Shown piece by piece: positions 1 to 11,254 of a stretch of DNA of 64,000 bases. The number at the start of each line of letters is the position of its first letter. The first letter of the stretch is position 1. The position numbers and the translations under genes are program-made. Source of the stretch: Lama glama (taxonomy: Eukaryota); the NCBI GenBank assembly GCA_028534125.1, contig CM052818.1:38132001-38196000 (forward strand), written 5' to 3'. The notes under the pieces were generated by a model. It was given only the letters and a program-made list of their open reading frames with translations. It did not search any database and was not told where the DNA came from.

Positions 1-59
1 GTGCCAGGATGCCGAGAGAAGACGAACTCCGAGTCACGGAGCTCGTTCTATTGAACATT

Positions 60-450
60 ATTGGAGATGAAGTAAGATAAGAAGAGAGAAGTCACTTGGA
101 CTGGTGACAGAGGGGTGGCTAACACTTCTTACAGTGGCAGTGTTAATGAAGTAGGGAGGATGGTATGGATTCTCCTTAGAATAAAGTCAAGAAAGGGTGT
201 TCAGTGAAGAAGCAGAAGTGATGATGGAGGGGTGTCAGCAGTAATAGCTGGAGGAGGATGTGAGGTCAAAAGAGGTTTTTTTCTTCTCATTTTATTTTTT
301 AGGTAGGAATAATTAGAATATGTTTATATACTAACAGGAACGATCCTAGAGAAAGGAAAACCTCAGTGAACTGGGGAGGAGAGAACTGCAGAAGCCACGT
401 CCTTGAAACAGCAAGAAAGAACAGGAACTAGGGCACAAGAGGAGGGGTTT
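60..450 (-). mobile_element. L2 LINE fragment
   Basis: Purine-rich degenerate match to antisense L2 body (e.g. aatatgtttatatactaacaggaacgatcctagagaaagg...gccacgtccttgaaacagcaag). Confidence 0.65.
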
Positions 451-544
451 TCAATTCAACTAGCATTTATTAAAGGCTCCCGATATGCCAGTTTCATTGC
501 ACAGGTTTCTGATATTGCACCTGGAGTATTTTCCAACACTTATG

Positions 545-665
545 TCCCCTATTAGATTCAAGATGCTTAAGGACTGAGTCCCTGTTTTGTTCTTGTTTCA
601 AGTGCCAGCCCAAATTCAGGCACACGGTAAGAGTTAATACATATTTGCTCAATATGTGTTGGACG
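545..665 (+). mobile_element. L2 3' end
   Basis: tagattcaagatgcttaaggactg...caggcacacggtaagagttaatacatatttgctcaat resembles the L2 3' terminus. Confidence 0.6.
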
Positions 666-1678
666 AGATTAAGAAGGTTTAACCTAAACTATCACCATTA
701 GCAGTCATTTGAACGTTTTGATTTAATCATAGACAGCACTGAGGAGACGGATATAACCAGCAAAAAATAGACAACTTCAATTACAGAATTTTTTTCTGGC
801 TTTAAATTTGACTTGGATTGACAGAGAAAAAGGTTGGGGCCAGATGGATGTGGGAGTCGGGGAAGAGATAGCTACTTCTAGAAGTCACCGAAGAGAAAGA
901 CAGTTCCTTCACGCAGAAGCCAGTTTATAATTCTTGACAAAAACATGTACAATGGTACATGTGACCCCAGTGTTCCTACTCTTAGTACAGAGTGTCAACT
1001 TTTTCGTGTACTGTCTTAGTGGTCTTAGTGCATCGTCTCTATAATCTTAATCTCCTGGACCTCCCCGAAAGCATATCCCCTTCTCCCACGGCATGTGCCC
1101 CTGAGGCCAGGGAGATCAATGCCAAGTGTTTCTCCTAATCCCAGCCCCACCCCATCACCAGTACATCACGTTCTGTCTTTCCTCATGTGCCCTCTCCTCT
1201 GTAATATTTTATTATCCAAATTCTTTTCATCTTTCAACATACAATTCAAGTCCGAATGACTCCAAGACTCCTTCTCCAAGGGAAAGAAAGACATCTATCC
1301 ATTTGCTTAAATTCTGTAGTATTTAGTGAATCAATTATGCAGCAGTTCTGAAATAACACCTGATTGATCTGGTTTTGCACGAGCGTGTGCATACATTCCT
1401 GAGTGAATGCAGGTGTGTGGAAGAGATTTCTATGAGAATTTGACCTGTCAGCAGATGACAGCTCTCCATCAGACAAGAACTGGGCTCCAGCCTCTCCTCT
1501 GCTCCTCTGCTCTCAACAGCCCAGAGAGCAAGGTCAAGGACTGAGTGTTCTTGGGAAATTCAGCAGTAAGTGAGGATGGAACATTTTTAATAGTCTGCAT
1601 CATCCAAGTGCTACAACACCATATCCCCCGGGTAGCAGGTTATTGACTCTGTTCGTTTTGTTTCAAAAACAATACATA

Positions 1679-1812
1679 AAAGGTACAAACTTCCAGTTAT
1701 GAAATAAGTGAGTCATGACAATGTACTGTACGGTGACTAAAGTTAATGACAGTGTATTGCATATTTGAAAGTTGCAAGAGATTAAATCTTAAAAATTCTC
1801 ATCACAGAAGCA
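1679..1812 (+). mobile_element. L1 (L1MA/MB-type) 3' UTR fragment
   Basis: aaaggtacaaacttccagttatgaaataagtgagtcatg...gtgtattgcatatttgaaagttgc...aattctcatcac; same family as 50865-51155. Confidence 0.85.
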
Positions 1813-2767
1813 ATATATATAGTAGCATATTTTCTATTTTTGAGAGCTATTTTAAAAAAATATATGTTTTAGAAAAGTTACAGTTATTCAACCAGTGTGA
1901 TCATGACATCACATCTTGAATATGAGCCAAGCCTGCTTGAAAGAAAGAGGCAAAACAAGGGGATGTTAAGTGGGAAACTCACAAATCGGCTTCAGAAGAT
2001 CTGGAACATTCTTAAATCTGCCCAGAGCCATGGGATCTTGGGAGACTCACCTCCCTTCTCCAGGCCCTGGGTTTCTAAAACAAACGGTTTTGAATAAATG
2101 ATCCCCAAGGTCCTTCCAGCTCTGACAGCCCGCACCTCCGGGGCTGTGAATGAGATCTGAGCTTCATCGCCACCCTTTGATCAACATCACGGACCATGCT
2201 CTTTCCTGACATGCTGTGCTTCCTGGAACATAATTGAAATAATGTGGGTGTCATATCTCTTTTGATTCCCCAAACGTGAACTGGAGTCATCAACTCTCCT
2301 CATTTAACCTTTCAACAAATAGCTCTGTGTGTTTCAGCTGGGGGCAGTAGAAATAATTACAATAAAACGTCTTCATGTAAAGAGGAACAGATAATATTCA
2401 AGCCACTAAATTAGAAAATGTCCATGTGCCCAGATGGCACCCAGAAATCATTCTCCCATTAGCGACTGGCTTTCAGCTAGCAAAAATGGAAATCAATTTA
2501 CCAAACGCCGCGGCCACGCTAGAAGCAGAGCTGCCCTAATATCCCCTCCGTGTTGTCTGCCTTGTGGGGTTCCACCAGGCTAGCAGCTGGCGGCACCCCA
2601 AATCGCAGGCTGAGCCGGGCTTTGTTGTCAGCGAGGGCAGATGCCCTCTGGCAATGCTCTCCGGCGCCTGCCTTGGCAGCAGAACCGGCTGCCTCTTCCT
2701 ATTTGTCTCCGTGCTCCTATCGGCGTAATGGGGGTATTTGTTTTACTAAAGGGTTTGCTTCACTCAC

Positions 2768-2959
2768 TTGGTATTAGACTTAGGGATCAGACATGAAATA
2801 ATTATTCAGCCTACAGCAGCTTTTTTCTGGTGCTGCCATTTCTAAACGAGCAGTCAGTTCCTGCAGGGATCTGTGTTACAGGAGAAAAACCACTCGTAGC
2901 CTGACTGGCATTCTGCAGAGATGGAGAGAGGCCTATTAGACCCTTTATCTGCTGTTACC
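2768..2959 (-). other. candidate non-coding exon (192 nt)
   Basis: Minus strand reads tccttttatttttcag|GGT...CCAA|gtgagt; all three frames contain stops. Confidence 0.25.
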
Positions 2960-3501
2960 CTGAAAAATAAAAGGATTTTCCAGCTTTTCCCTGAATCTTG
3001 GCATTCCAGGATTCAAGCAGACGGTTCTGCCATTGGTATCCGTGAAACTCAGCCTGCATCTCGCACCTCTACTGGTGGTGACCTTCACCTGTGATCCCCC
3101 CAAACTCACAGAGTCTGTCTTAATCGTATCTGTGTATTGGATGAGTCAGGACCTGCACATCAAGAAGGCCTGGACCATTGCCTTTGGAAGACCTCGATGT
3201 CAGTGTCACGTGCTCAATTCCAGGCTCCTGTTCTCTCATTTCTGGTTCTAGGAATTGATCAGAAGGATGAGGATTCAAAACTCTTCCACACAAAATTAAA
3301 TTCATTCTGTTTTGTTGTTACTGTCGTTGCCAAGGATGCCACGGAGCGTATTTTCTGCCCATTTCTGAAAACTTTCTGAAAAGTTCCTATGCGCTTGCCA
3401 GCCCAGAGTCTCACGACTGGGCTTTACTTCATCCAGTCCAGATGACTCACTCAGAGTATTTAGTATCTGAAGATGTGGATAACCATGGATAAGCACCTCC
3501 A

Positions 3502-3650
3502 ATCATTCCTCAAATATTTAATGAGTAATCATATGCTGGGTTCTGTGGATAAATGGTATTTGCCTTCCTAGATATCATAGTCCAGCAAGAAAGACAGAAA
3601 ATTGAACAGACACAATTACTGTAAAATACACCAGGTGCTGCGAAGGGCTT
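3502..3650 (-). mobile_element. L2 3' end
   Basis: tcattcctcaaatatttaatgag...ccttcctagatatcatagtccagcaagaaagacaga is the typical antisense L2 tail. Confidence 0.7.
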
Positions 3651-3802
3651 GGTACTGAGTGAAGCTGGTCATTCATTCCAACTGAGCGAGTCAGCCCCAG
3701 CATGACTTTTTTGACATATTCCAAGCTATACCTTAGCCTCACGTTGGTGTCTTCTTTTTCGGTGTTTCTATTAAGTCAACATCATTTTGAATGTAATATA
3801 TA

Positions 3803-4011
3803 CTTTTTTTAAAACATTTTTATTGAGTTATAATCATTTTACAATGTTCTGTCAAATCCAGTGTAGAGCACAATTTTTCAGTTATACATGAACATACACA
3901 TATTCATTGTCACATTTTTTTCTCTGTAAGCTACCACAAGATCTTGTATATATTTCCCTGTTCTATACAGAATAATCTTGTTTATCTATTCTACATTTTG
4001 AAATCCCAGTC
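3803..4011 (-). mobile_element. young 5'-truncated L1 3' end (camelid L1-Vpa-like) with TSD
   Basis: Poly-T followed by attgagttataatcattttacaatg...gaaatcccagtc; flanked by taatatata at 3794-3802 and 4012-4020. Confidence 0.85.
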
Positions 4012-4033
4012 TAATATATATATTTTTATGTGT

Positions 4034-4037
<4 letters not shown>

Positions 4038-4076
<39 letters not shown>

Positions 4077-4085
4077 TACACACAT
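4038..4085. repeat. (TA)n(CA)n microsatellite
   Basis: Directly visible. Confidence 0.95.
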
Positions 4086-4494
4086 AGACACCCCTACACA
4101 CCTACATAACTACACACTCACACAAACACTATAAGGTTTGTAAATGAAGCAAAGGACAAAATCTCCACTCTTAAGGAATTTATAGTCTATATATGAAATA
4201 AAGTATACAGAAAACACAAATATGATATTAAGGTCTAGGTAAATAGAGTCAAAGGAGTAGAATGCATCTTAAAACCTCGTTTATCCATAACTACACATCA
4301 GATAAATCCAGGAAGGCTTCACTGAGAAGGGCCATAAACTCAGTCTGTCATTAAGTATCTCCTGTTCACCTACCATGTTTCGGGCCTCAGGGATGTACAG
4401 AACGAGACGGGGGGCCTGCACTCCAGGACAAAATTAAGTCCCAAGGAGACACAGAGAGAGGTGTAATTTTTTCACAGTGCAGCCTCCATAGATA

Positions 4495-4682
4495 TTTCAG
4501 ATTCAACTCTTTGCTTTCCACTTACTGGAAATATGATTTTGGGCAAGTTTCTCATCTGTAAAACGGGGATAATTGATAGTATTTATCTCATAGGGTTATT
4601 TTTTGGCTTAAATGAGATAATATGGTTAAATCTCTTAGTACAGTTATTGACTTACATTGCATGTCAGTAAATGTCACTATTC
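4495..4682 (+). mobile_element. MIR SINE
   Basis: ttgggcaagtttctcatctgtaaaacggggataat...ctcatagggtt...aaatgagataat core. Confidence 0.85.
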
Positions 4683-6136
4683 TTTCGCTCAATGATACTA
4701 TTATCGAATACTATTCTTTTGTTTAAGTGAATTTAATTTAATCTCTTCATCTTCTTTTAGGGCAGGAAAACTATAGTCACCTGCAAGACAATGGAATCGA
4801 GAAGCACATACAAATTTTTCTAGCCAGTGAATATTGCTGCCAAGAGATATTGAGCCTTGTAACTGAATTCCTGTAATGACCAAGGAAGTGAAAGCATCTC
4901 AGAAATAGATTTGATTGACTTAAATGCTTAATTTTCTCTCCTACGTCAATGTGCAGCACATGGCATGAATTAAGATGGTCCTGAGCCCAAAGACACAGAA
5001 ATAAGGAAAGTGGAACGTAGCTTATGACTGAGCCATTTGCCCCAATGCTTTCAGTCATCCCGACTCATTGCCAAGGCTGAGGTCTCTATTCCTTACTCCT
5101 ACAAATGCGTCATTTTCTACTGCAATGTTCACACTCAGTAATTGAGGAGCTCTTCAGCTTTTGTCAAAATTTTGCCATAAAGTATCTCCTAGGTTTTTGG
5201 AAGCGTTGAACACTTACAAAATTCTTCCTGCAAACTGTTATATATTTGGAGATTCACAATGCTGTTAATATTAAGGGGCAGGGGTCACTAGTTCATTCTG
5301 AGGATCTCCACACAGGGTTACATCAAATACAGAGATGGCAGAATTCACCTCGGCAAGCTGCTTTAACTAAAACATTCATGAACGGGTAGACTCAGCTGAA
5401 CTCAACTCAGCTCTGTGGAGGGAGAGACTCGGAAGCAGAGGCCGGATTAAAACTACTGAAGCGGGGAAAGTGGGGAGCAGCTCCGGAGGTGAAGGCAGGA
5501 GCTTGAAGTTCACTGGGGTCTGTGTTTAGCCCGGGCTAAACTAGATGTAGAGGTGGAGAAAAGTCCTTCGGGGAACATTCCCAGAGGGCGCTCTCCTCCT
5601 TGCTTTTCCCAAAGGAAGCCTCCTGGAAACCCGTGGCTGAAAAGTTTCCTTTCTGTGAGAAGTATAAATCACGGTCATAATGCTGTTTCCAGCAATAAAT
5701 GAACACAAGACATGCGATGGACTCAGGTCAAGTCTGTCCACAGCATGACTCTGGGGCTTGTTGGAAAATCAGTGGCCACAAGCTCTGTTTCATTAGAGGA
5801 AAAGCATGGGGATCACCTTTCTCCATCAGCGCCTGGACCAGAGCAGCCTCACTCTGGGCGGGCTAGTTGCAGGCGTCTGAAGCAGGACAACGGCAGCAAA
5901 GAGGCTGCTGTCCCCAGGGTTGAGCGCCATCTAAGTCCAAGCCCGGGAGCCTGCACACCCCCAATCCAGGAATGAAAACTCCAGTTGTCCAGGCTCCCGC
6001 CCTGATGGGATTTGTGTTCTCTGGCAATCAGATAAGGAACAGGCAGGCCACACCACAAGTAGCTGCATTTTAATTTTCTAAAGAGAAAAAGAAAATGCTT
6101 CCCGTGGTGGGGGCAGACACAGGCACAGAGGCAGGA

Positions 6137-6369
6137 TGGTGTATTTAGGAGCAAAGAGTCTGGAGTCAGTCTGTCTGGGTTCAAATCCCAGTCTCAGCAT
6201 TTACTACCCGCGTGACCTCAAGAAGATCTAATCTCTCTATGCCTCAGTTTCATCTGCAAAATGGAGGTGATAACAGCCGCAGTTCTACCGGGTTATTGCG
6301 GGGAAGAAACGCTGACATGTGGCAGGCACGCAGAATAGTATCTGACACTTAACAAAGGCTATCATTACT
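6137..6369 (+). mobile_element. MIR SINE (near full length)
   Basis: ctggagtcag...ctgggttcaaatccc (B box)...gcctcagtttcatctgcaaaatgg. Confidence 0.9.
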
Positions 6370-7225
6370 GTCGAGAACTGCTTGTATTTCTTTCCCTAAC
6401 TCGGACCGAGGAGAACGAGAGCTAGGTCCTCTCATGCAGGCCTTTGGATAATAACGCCCTCATTGTGACATCCTTGTGGAAACATAGCTTTATAGGAGCA
6501 GCTGCTTTCTCAATGTTTGCTTGCTCATTCCAGACCCACATCACAGGGACGTGCATGGAAACCGAGGAGATCAGCTACATGTATTACCAACAGAAACCCA
6601 CGTCCCTGGAACCCACCCGCCCCTTCCCCGGAGCACTGTTGACAGAAGCCTAAGGACAGTCGGCCCACTGGCTTCTCAGCCCTGCAGGGGCCACCCCTCA
6701 GGCCTCCCATGGCTGCAGCAGGGCCGGCAGCATTTCTGGCAAGCCTACACCTGGGACCTGATCGGTGTGTAACTTAGCCTGGGGTCTCCCAAGAGGGAAG
6801 GACGTGTTCCTCCCATAACCTACCAGTTCTCCGAAGAAAAATACTCCATCTATAGAAAACAATTGGCAAGCCCCCTGAGGCCCTCTCTCTAGAGTTTCAG
6901 AAACAAGAGCACAGGGTTTCCTGCAAGACAGAAAGATTCCTGCATCCAGACACGGAGAAAAGCTCAGGCTGCTCAGACCTCTGGTCTGCGACAGGGGACT
7001 TATGTCTTCCCCGCGAGAACCCAGGAGTCACCAGCATCTTTTCCAGCTCGGCCGAGATCCATCATTTCCTTCTGCTGCACCTGCTTCCTTTCCCCAAACT
7101 GTACTTTTAATAATGGCTTAAATACCTTCGACCCAATTAACTAGGATACCTGAAGGGAACTGTGGCACTGGCTCACCTTAAAAACCAAAGGTGTCATTTT
7201 CTGAGCATTTTTTTTACCGTATCAC

Positions 7226-7320
7226 GTGCAGTAGAAAATACACTAGTTTGGAAGTCAGAAAATTAGCATTAGGTGTGGCTGCCTCTGCTGTAACTTGCTG
7301 TGTGCCTTTTGGCACTTCCT
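7226..7320 (+). mobile_element. MIR 5' fragment
   Basis: gtgcagtagaaaatacactagtttggaagtcagaa...taacttgctgtgtgcc. Confidence 0.6.
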
Positions 7321-8373
7321 TCAAATCTGGGATAAATGAGTCGTCTCTTGAGGGAGATGAAGATAAATAACGCAGCTGCTTCGCAGCACCATGGCTCTCT
7401 GATCAAGCGAGGCTGTGATGACCTCCACTAACGCGGAAAGCAATGAGACATATTACCAGAGAATCTGAAGCTTTCAAAACTGTGCCTAAGCTATTTCACA
7501 GCTGGAGTCATTGGTTGACAAGTTAACTCTATGACAAATCTGTGATATTTGACAATTGAAGACAATTACTGGTAAAATAAACTATACAATTACCAAAAGA
7601 CAAGAAAAAGGAAGACCAGCAACATAGCCATAGACTTTAAAGTGTCTACTTTTGTTATGTGAGATGTATCAAAATTATTTTTCCATTGGCCTCTGTCATA
7701 AGGTAATAACTAAATTATGAAAAAAAACTTAAGGAGTTTTTATGACAAACTGAACAATGGAAATGCGAACTTCTGAACATTTTAACTTTATTGCCATTTC
7801 TGAATCTTCCCTAAGAAAGAATTGCTTCCACCTTTCCCTAGAAATAATCATATATCCTGAACCTTCTTTCATTGACTAGCATGGACTGGTCGATTTGTGA
7901 TGTTAGATTTACTGAAATTTTCCATTGGCAGACAAGTGTCAAACTCCAAACAGAATATAAGGCTGGATAATAGAGTGGTCCCAGCTTTATTAACACAGTA
8001 TATTTGACTTTGAATTACCACGTGTCTGCAGAAAAGGGAAGCCCACAAGTGGAAAACTTCAAGTGCATCCAAGGAGGAATCATACATCACCATTCCCTTT
8101 CATGAATCATCACTCAGTGGATTTTGTACATTACCGTCAACTATATACCATGTATTATTTTAAAACAGGTCATTTGAATCTTTGCAGTTACGTATCACCA
8201 ACATCTAAATTTAGATGTGCGCAATCTAGAGCTGCGTGATTGTGTGACAATGGGCGATTATGAAACAGATTCATGGTTTAAATTTTATTCTTTGCACTCA
8301 ACACTTCATTGGGAAAAGAGGAAATCTTAGTTCTCAAGCAAGGAGTATGTACTAGCTGAATGATGGATGGAAT

Positions 8374-8388
8374 GCTGCCATCTCTTGG
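8374..8388 (-). promoter_or_regulatory. candidate CTCF site
   Basis: Minus strand CCAAGAGATGGCAGC; 2 mismatches to the CTCF core variant CCACTAGATGGCAGC; lies in unique DNA. Confidence 0.45.
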
Positions 8389-8819
8389 TAGTCTAGCACA
8401 GAGGAAAACAGTTTTCAGAAAAGTGATTTTGCATTTTTATTGGCTAAAGGCAATACAGTTAAGAAGCATAATTCTACTCTTCTGGTGTCAGAACTATCTA
8501 TAATTGTTGTTATTATTTTTAGCATTTAATGCTTACAGTGCATATTGAAGCTATTCCCTGACAATACCACCATATTAAAAAGAATCCATCACATGGTTTC
8601 ACTGGCTTAGCTTTCAGGAAGGAAAGTCTAAATTAGGTTGGCCCAGCATCTCCACTCACACCTCTGCTGTTCTGGATCTGTGTTGAGTATGCCGCACTCA
8701 GTAAAGGTCACAAGCTATGCATGACTCCTTTGAGTTCTGTGCATCACCTAAATGTTATCTCTTCCAACATACCTATCAGATAGAGAGCCAAGAAAATGGC
8801 TGGCCCCTCTTTTGGCTTT

Positions 8820-9028
8820 TGGTAGAATGAGAAAGCCAGGATCCAGAGAACTGTGACTCTGCCACATACTGGTCCTACAACTCTGGCGAAGCAATCGTAT
8901 CTCCTCAGTGTTCTCATCTGTAAAAGTGGAGACAGCACCCTCTAGTCTACCTACCTCACCACCTTATTATGAGGATCAAATAGAATTGCAGATGTGAAAA
9001 TGTTCTGCAAGCAGCAAAGCGCTGTACT
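8820..9028 (+). mobile_element. MIR SINE
   Basis: cctcagtgttctcatctgtaaaagtgg...acctacctcac...tgaggatcaaatag. Confidence 0.8.
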
Positions 9029-9784
9029 TAGGTCAAGGATGATCAGAGGCAGAATGACACTGTTGTTCGTCAGAGGAGACTTATTACTAAATCTAAATAA
9101 CTTGTATTTGGCTTTGTTCACAATTGATCACTATTCTTCTCAGAGTTGAGCATCTGATGATACCAATAAAGCAACATAAACAAGCTGGCAGACTTCCTGA
9201 GGTGGCATTGTCATTTGTACGTTGTCACGTCAGGCAAGGTTATCAAAGTGTCATGTCAATTCAAGGCCCAACAGTATAATTTCAGTCACCCAAAGGCATA
9301 GCATATTCGGGATAGCCGGGGAAATCGTCCTACCTCCTCACCATTTTGTTACATCCGCAGTATACCTTCCACAGCAGGTGTCAATCTATTGGAGTTACTT
9401 GTTCACATTTTGTCTTTTCCCAAGACTGGGATCCTCACTGGTTTGCTAACAGGTGCCTCAGCAGGGCTTAACCCTGTACCTGGGGCTGCATTTGTTCCAT
9501 AAATGTGTACTTGATTGTTAGGTTGAAGTGAGGTAAGTAGTGTTGACCAATCACCATATTGTAGGTGCCAAAGAGTGAAGAAATATGAGTTAAAGTAAAT
9601 TCTAAGTGCAGTCTACGCATTAGGAAAAAATGTACCCATTTGTGGAAGAAGTGCAATTTTTAAAAGAGAAACTAAACTGAGAATGTCACAAAGCGGTATG
9701 TTGTTTATATTTTTCTAAAGTCTGAAAATAGTTTTGATGTGAAATAGATAAAGTATGTTTATTTGAGAACAATAGGTGAGTTGA

Positions 9785-10400
9785 GGGGACAGAAAAGATT
9801 CGGTGCTTCATATAAGCCAATAAAATGGAAAGTTGCTACCAGTGCAGCCCTTGGAATCTTGGATTGCACCAGTGAAAGTATAATGTTTATAACAAGTTTA
9901 ATAGGTTCACTCTAATCTGTATATGCACACATCTAAAGTGTTATATTAAGTTATGAGCTATTCATTTGAAAGATCATGTCAAACCTTCCAGCAAATGGCA
10001 ACTAACATAAGATTCTGGGAAAAAAGTGGCAAGTAGAAACAAAGAAAAAGAAATTGAGTAAGGGCACAGAAGAGAAAAGAGAACTTTCAAGAGATATGTT
10101 GATTATATTCAAATTTTAGAAAACTTCCCTGTGAAAGATGTTGAAAGTTGATGCATAAGTACAGAAAATAAGAATTAATGTCCTTGGAAAGAAATTACCA
10201 GGAAACATCTTCTCAGTCTACGACAAACAGGACAAGAGCAACCAGAACTTTCTACTAGGACTCTGAAATGGTGCAGCGAGCCGTCCAAGGTGACGGTGAG
10301 CTTCTTGCCCCAGGTGTATTTCAGGACAAGACAGAGGAGGTTGGGGGCCAACAGCAGGATTTTGACAGAAGATTCCATCATGGGGTGAAGTTTCCCCCCA
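9785..10400 (+). mobile_element. L3/CR1 LINE 3' portion
   Basis: Degenerate match to the CR1 RT C-terminus and tail (aatcttggattgcaccagtgaaagtataatgt...agaactttctactagga...ggtgagcttcttgccccaggtgtatttcagg). Confidence 0.65.
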
Positions 10401-10672
10401 CGCAAAATAATACATTTCCACCATTTTAAAATAAATATACACTACGAATATAGTATTTTTCAATTATATACCGTACAGACTTTTTGAATAGCACGTGGAG
10501 GATTTGCTATTAAAAACTGTGATTTGAGAAGGAAGCGAAGAAATCCGAATTCTCAGCAGCGAAATAATGAAGCCAATTTGCAAAATTTGGCAGAATCCCT
10601 AGCTATGCGTCACAGATAACTGCTGCAGGGTCCACATTTACGGACTAGCTCTACGGTGCCACATTTACCTAG

Positions 10673-10741
10673 GTTCCATCTGTACTCTGTACGTAGGGAG
10701 GTCGCCTTACATATAATCACTAAATGCAGTCCTTCGCCAAG
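10673..10741 (+). other. candidate exon with strong 5' splice site
   Basis: AAG|GTGAGT at 10739-10747; weak acceptor tttacctag| at 10672, or alternatively a first exon starting further upstream. Confidence 0.2.
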
Positions 10742-11254
10742 GTGAGTTTGTCTTGTATTTAGATAAAATGATTATAAGTGTTTGCTTTTGAGATTGTAAC
10801 ATCCTCCGCACCAGCTCTCCTGCCTAGTTCATAATTAACCTGTCAACCCACCCTGCAGTAGTAAGTGTGATAGACAGGGAATATATTAGGAAGGAACTTT
10901 TGTGTGATGTGCTTTCAAGCCCTCTTTTATCCTTCAACTATCTTTCCTTTTAATTAGCACTTGGGTAACAGCATACCATAATGAATTACCATATTACTGT
11001 TATCAATAAAAATTATTTTGGGTCTAAAGTAGTCATTAAGATGAAATGTGTAAGACCTGTTCCGGATAGTTTTGTAGGAAGATCGCAGTTGGAAATCAAG
11101 TCTCTATTTTGTATATTAATTTTAAAAGATTCAGAAGATTCTGAGATTTGTATATACATATTTACTAAATATAAAGATGTGAATATATGGACGATAAAGG
11201 GAGGGGAATAAATGTAGGCATCTGGAGAGAATACAGCACTGATATATTAAAGAC

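Noticed and set aside
3252..3379. Acceptor ttctggttctag| followed by an open frame (GIDQKDEDSKLFHTK...)
   Set aside because: No matching donor and the peptide is not recognised.
6533..6653. Acceptor + THITGTCMETEEISYMYYQQKP... as a terminal coding exon
   Set aside because: No upstream coding exons and no recognisable homology; the YQQKP resemblance to Ig V regions lacks the other framework residues and an RSS.
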